DNA of 64,000 bases from Camelus dromedarius (Eukaryota): assembly GCF_036321535.1 (NCBI RefSeq), contig NC_087437.1, positions 62,498,001 through 62,562,000 on the forward strand. The letters are read 5' to 3'. The first letter of the stretch is position 1. Each line of letters starts with the position of its first letter. Positions 59,516 to 64,000 of the stretch are shown here, piece by piece. A program made the translations under genes and the position numbers. Below the pieces are notes generated by a model. It had not been told where the DNA came from. It was given only the letters and a program-made list of their open reading frames with translations, and did not search any database.

Positions 59516-62444
59516 GTAACCTTCCCCTCTGGCCCTGTCCCTGCATGGCAGGTCACAGAAGAGGCGTCAATGCGGGTATTGGCACAGCCTACAGGAGACG
59601 GCAGATTCTGAGCCACCCCAGCCTGTGGCTCCTGTCCACTCTTACATCAGAGGGTGAGCTCAGTGGACCCTTGGGGAAATTTACAACAGTCAAACCAGCC
59701 GGAGTGCAGGGATGGCTCAGAGCTGGTGTGTGTCTGTGTCGGGGTGTGGCTGTGTACAATGGGTTGTTGTCTTTGCCAGAAGACAGCTGTTCTGTGTTTC
59801 TACATTTGGCTTTTTTGCTTCTTTTCGAGGGAAAAAAGGAAAGGTCAAGCCATATGCATAGAATCTTATAGAGCTTTATGGCTCAATTTTGGTAAATGTT
59901 AAAGATTGCTCTTATGGGGACTCCAGCTGAAAGAGAATCGCACGTCATCTTTGTTTGCATTTCTGTTTGTTTTTATCCTGCTTCTCTGTGATGTATGAAT
60001 CCAGAGGGAGGACACAGACTTAGGTCAGAAATGAACTCATGCTTTGAGAGGTTCCAATCTCAGCGAAATATGTAAATGGAATGTTGGTAATAACTTATTC
60101 TTAAAATAATTTTCTTCTGTCAAAACAACCCAATAACAACAAAAGATAAAAATAAATATCACTCTTGAATTTACTATCCCAACACATACTTTAAAAATTT
60201 TTCCCACAGTGGTCATCATAGGCGATGCGTCATTGGTGGTGCTTGCTTTCTTGAAAATCTAGGTGGGCTCGGCACCAGGGCGGTGGTTGGGACTCATATC
60301 GGGGGAGGGCGGGGTAAGGAGGTTAGAACTGTTAGGAGAGGCTGCATGTTTGACCTCAGAGAGCCTATACTTAGTGTGTCACAGATCCACTTCCCCTCTT
60401 CCCCTCTTCCCCTCTGTCCTCCACAGAATGAGAGCCACGATTGTCCTGTTTGAAATAAAACACCAGAATGGTAGACAGAGGCGGGTAAGGGGAAAGAAAA
60501 TTATGAGGAAAACATCACAGCCTCCTGCAGTCCTCTTCTTGGTCCCAGTGTCATCCTGCCCGTCCCTGTGTCTTTGGGGCCTCCCGGGAGGAGGAAGGTC
60601 TCACAGTGGCCCCCTACCCAGGATGGCTACAGAGCGGCCCCTGCCCAGCCGCTGGCTGGAGTCAAATGGTTTGATTCAGGGGCCCCTGACACTTCGTAGC
60701 AGCCCAAGAAAGCCAGGTGGGACACAGCTAGGATGTGTTCAGCTCTGAATCTTTTGGGTGCTTCCCAAAATGGATTTGTTTCAGAAAATAAAATTGCATT
60801 TTTGACTGGCATTCAGACTGATTGTATGAGGTGTTGTCTTCCCAGACATTCCGCCAAATCCGCTTCTTGGCAGGAACACATAGTCAGGGAGGACGTCGGT
60901 GCTCTCTCATCTCCTGTCTCGGGAATTTTGTGGATTTTCTTTTGTGGGAAGGAAATCATCTTTAAGGCTTGGAGGACAGAGCCCAGTGACAGGCCTACAC
61001 AATGTCCAGTTAAGTTAATTCTGTTGAATTAAATGAGTCAAGATGGGATGTTTGAGGCACCACGGTCTGTGAGAAGCCATTTGATTCACTCTTTTGCCCA
61101 CAGAACCTTCCTGGGCCAGCCCAGACCCATGAAAATACCCTTCCCTTGGTAAACTCAGTATTTCAAGACTTGAGCATTTCAGAGGAGATGCTGGCAAATT
61201 TCTTAACCCCCATGCCTGCACCCAGTTGTGGATTACTGTTGGCCAGGAGGCACTTCAGAGCAGGTTTCAGTTTTAATCTTTTGGTCCCCAGGAAGTTACT
61301 AATGGCTTGGAATTCAGCAGTCTTTGAGACCCCAGCTTTTCTCTTCGCCATTGCTGTTCCTTTGTGCTGTCAGTCTGTGTTTGGGTACATAGCAGGCAAT
61401 TTCTTCCTCACTTGAAACCACCTATTTGTAACAAATATCCTCTTCCTGGTTCACCACAGCCTTATTTATAGTAGCCAAATATTGGGAATAGGTTACAGTT
61501 GCCTATGGATGAAAGACTGTAGCAGTTGTCCCCTTAAAGAGTATTTGAGGACTTGAAAAATACTGAAGATAAATGAAGAGAGGAACGGAAAGCAAGTGAT
61601 AAAACAGTATAGACATACGATTCTATTTTGCAAACAAAAGAAAAAATATGGAAAAGATTGGAAATAAATACATGGAAGTGTTAACAGCAGTTGTCTCTGG
61701 TGATAGGATTATGTGTGGTTTTTATTTTCTTCTGTTTTTTATTATATTTACTTAAATTTCCACAATAAAGATGTGTGATTTTTAAAATTTGTGTTGGAAT
61801 ATTTCCAACATATCACAGTAGGGAGAACAGTGAAATAAAACCCCGTGTACCCAGGGTCCATCTTGAACAGTTACCAGTTTGTAGCCAATCTTGTTTTATT
61901 TGCGTTCCTAACCACTTTATCCCCCATTATTTGAAGCACATCCCAGCTCTTGTTTGTTTCCATGATATTTAGATTTTTAATATTAATTAGATTTCCCTGA
62001 TAATTAGATTTTTAAAGATTTCTTCAAAGCCCTAAGCATGCCTTTCTCTGTTGACTGAATTTTCTGCCTCCTCCTGATTTGGCTGGATTAAAGGCCCTTC
62101 CTCTTAATCCTGCAAACTGAATGTGACAGAGCCAGCAGACATGTAATCTGCGGTGGGAGAGGCGGCTCCTGCAGGCTGGAGCTGGCTGGGCAGCCCCATG
62201 CCCTCTGGGCTTCCTCTGACCCCAGGCCCTGGAGACAGAGCTCGGAGCTCGGAACAGGCCTATCTCACAGCCACAGGGGGCCCTTTGTTCTGACTTCACT
62301 CTCACTCTGGTGTCCCTGGGGTGGACTGCTAGTTCCGGACTTGAGGGGCTTGGGGGACTGGCATGTGCACGTGACTGGCCTTAAATCCCACTCCTGTGGT
62401 GGACTTAACGCTTCTTGGGAAGCTGTTGTTTGTTTTGATTTTTG

Positions 62445-62448
<4 letters not shown>

Positions 62449-62495
<47 letters not shown>
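62449..62495. repeat. (TG)n microsatellite, ~23 units
   Basis: Uninterrupted GT dinucleotide run. Confidence 0.95.
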
Positions 62496-62497
<2 letters not shown>

Positions 62498-64000
62498 GAG
62501 AAGGAAACTGTTTGTTTCTATTTAGGACTCTATTGAGGATAAATAGAGCCCTACGAGTGGAAGGTTTGAGCTGCCATCTTTCCCCTTAGAAAACCCCATT
62601 GTTAGGAGAGGCCACCGAGCGGTGTCCACAGCTAAGGAATGAACTCCCCTGTCCTCATTGCGGCCGTTTTCCCAGTGCTGCGCTGGGCTGGGCTGGAATG
62701 AGGGGATGCCTGCCCTTAACTTTTTACCTTTACCTAGAAACCTATTTTTAAAGCTGTTCATACTTTTTCATGGTCAGAGTGACAGTTTCTCCCCTTACCA
62801 CTTTTATCGCTCTCCTGAGATTTTCTAGAGGTTAACTTTAAGTTGTTTACTCTGGAATTGTGTAGGCAGGAGTGTGATGAGTAGTTCAGACTGGACCCGT
62901 GGCTGGTCTCCTCCAAAACAGGGAGCGCCTGTGGCCTGGGGAGACAGAGGGTGGAATGGGCCAGGAACTCTGTTCCAAGTGGCCAGTCACCACTTTGCTG
63001 GCTCTCAGGTTAAAGGAGTTCCCTGCAAAGTTGAGCCTGGCTGGGTACCTCCTGGCCGCACAGATTCTACTGGTCCTTTCTCCCGTTGGACAGAAAGTCA
63101 GATCTCTTTCCCCCAGCCTGTTTCCCTTTTGGCATCAGCTTCTAGCACCCCAACATTTATCCTCTGTATCCCTCAGACAGACTTTCTGTTTTAATCTTGA
63201 TTACCTAATTTTGCACTGTTTACTAAATTTTTAAAGCGTGGTATGTCCTCTCAGAAATAGGTGGATGAGTAAGTCTCAAAGCAAATGAAGTAAAAAGTCT
63301 TGGCATAAAGATTGGGTCCTTTATTCCTCTGCTGGTGAGAGCATCCTAATCTGAAATGGAGACCACAGCCCCGGAGGGGCTGGAGGGACAGCTTCCTCCA
63401 GCAAGACGTTCTGCAGGAATACGGATTCTGCGGGCCTCTGGAAGCAGAATGATGACCGCCGTGCTTGACAGTCATCCGTGCTCCAGATGTCTTGTATCCA
63501 TTGTCTCTGATTCTCATGACAGTCCTTCAGCGTATTCGTGGTGCTTGTCCCCAGTTTACAGGGTGCATTATACTTACTGTTGGTTAGGGTTGGAGCCAGG
63601 ATTTGAACCAGGTCCAGCTGATTCTAAAGTCCAAGCCCTGTGTATCACCTGGTACCGTGCAGAGTGGGGGAACTCGATTTAGAGCCCTGTTGTCCTGATT
63701 CAAGCTGTGCCTCTTCTGACCTCCCGCTGACCTCTCTGGGGATGGAGGGGAGGCTCTCCAGGCTGCTCCATTTCACAAAGAGCTTGTCCCAGCCCTGTGC
63801 CCCTGTGCCCAGAGCCTTTGACTTTGCTTTTTGTCTCTCGTGGTTCAGGCTTGAGCTTCAGGCTGGGCAGGGGCTGCCCAGATACCAGTAGCGGGTGGAG
63901 AGTTCCTGGTCCCTGGAGGCAGGCTCAGCTCTTAGAGGTTCTCACTCTGCCCAGCCTCCTTCGAAGTTGATCTGGCTTCTTTCCACTTGTTGCCGGATTT

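Noticed and set aside
7800..61040. Enrichment of AP-1 (TGASTCA) sites
   Set aside because: About a dozen were noticed, close to the ~8 expected by chance in 64 kb, with no tight cluster.
1..64000. CRISPR array, operon or other prokaryotic system
   Set aside because: The sequence is intron-exon mammalian DNA. The only regular repeats are a coding triplication and microsatellites, without unique spacers.

Overview
Mammalian genomic DNA, probably camelid: it carries repeated young tRNA-derived SINEs beginning GGGGAGGGTATAGCTCAAGTGG, which I recall as camelid vic-1-like. The window holds two + strand genes. The first is the 3' part of MUC13: five coding exons at 437-5937 encoding EGF-like domains, a TM helix and the cytoplasmic tail, plus a non-coding last exon at ~7281-8410. 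About 12.5 kb of intergenic DNA follows, with a solo LTR and a near-consensus CTCF site. The second gene is ITGB5 (integrin beta-5): its CpG-island promoter and coding exons 1-5 (21279-59515); the gene continues past the window. ITGB5 intron 2 contains a decayed full-length ENO1 processed pseudogene. Most notable observations: (1) an in-frame 87-bp (29-aa) triplication in the MUC13 tail exon, which nearly doubles the tail, adds YANL/YGNL tyrosine motifs and shows a chimeric middle copy; (2) a young twin-primed (inverted) L1 with a perfect 15-bp TSD just upstream of ITGB5 exon 4; (3) an in-frame strong-Kozak uORF in the ITGB5 leader; (4) an exon 3/4 junction that recreates a 5' splice site. No prokaryote-type systems such as CRISPR are present. 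Comparisons to human or mouse sequences are from memory and need database confirmation.
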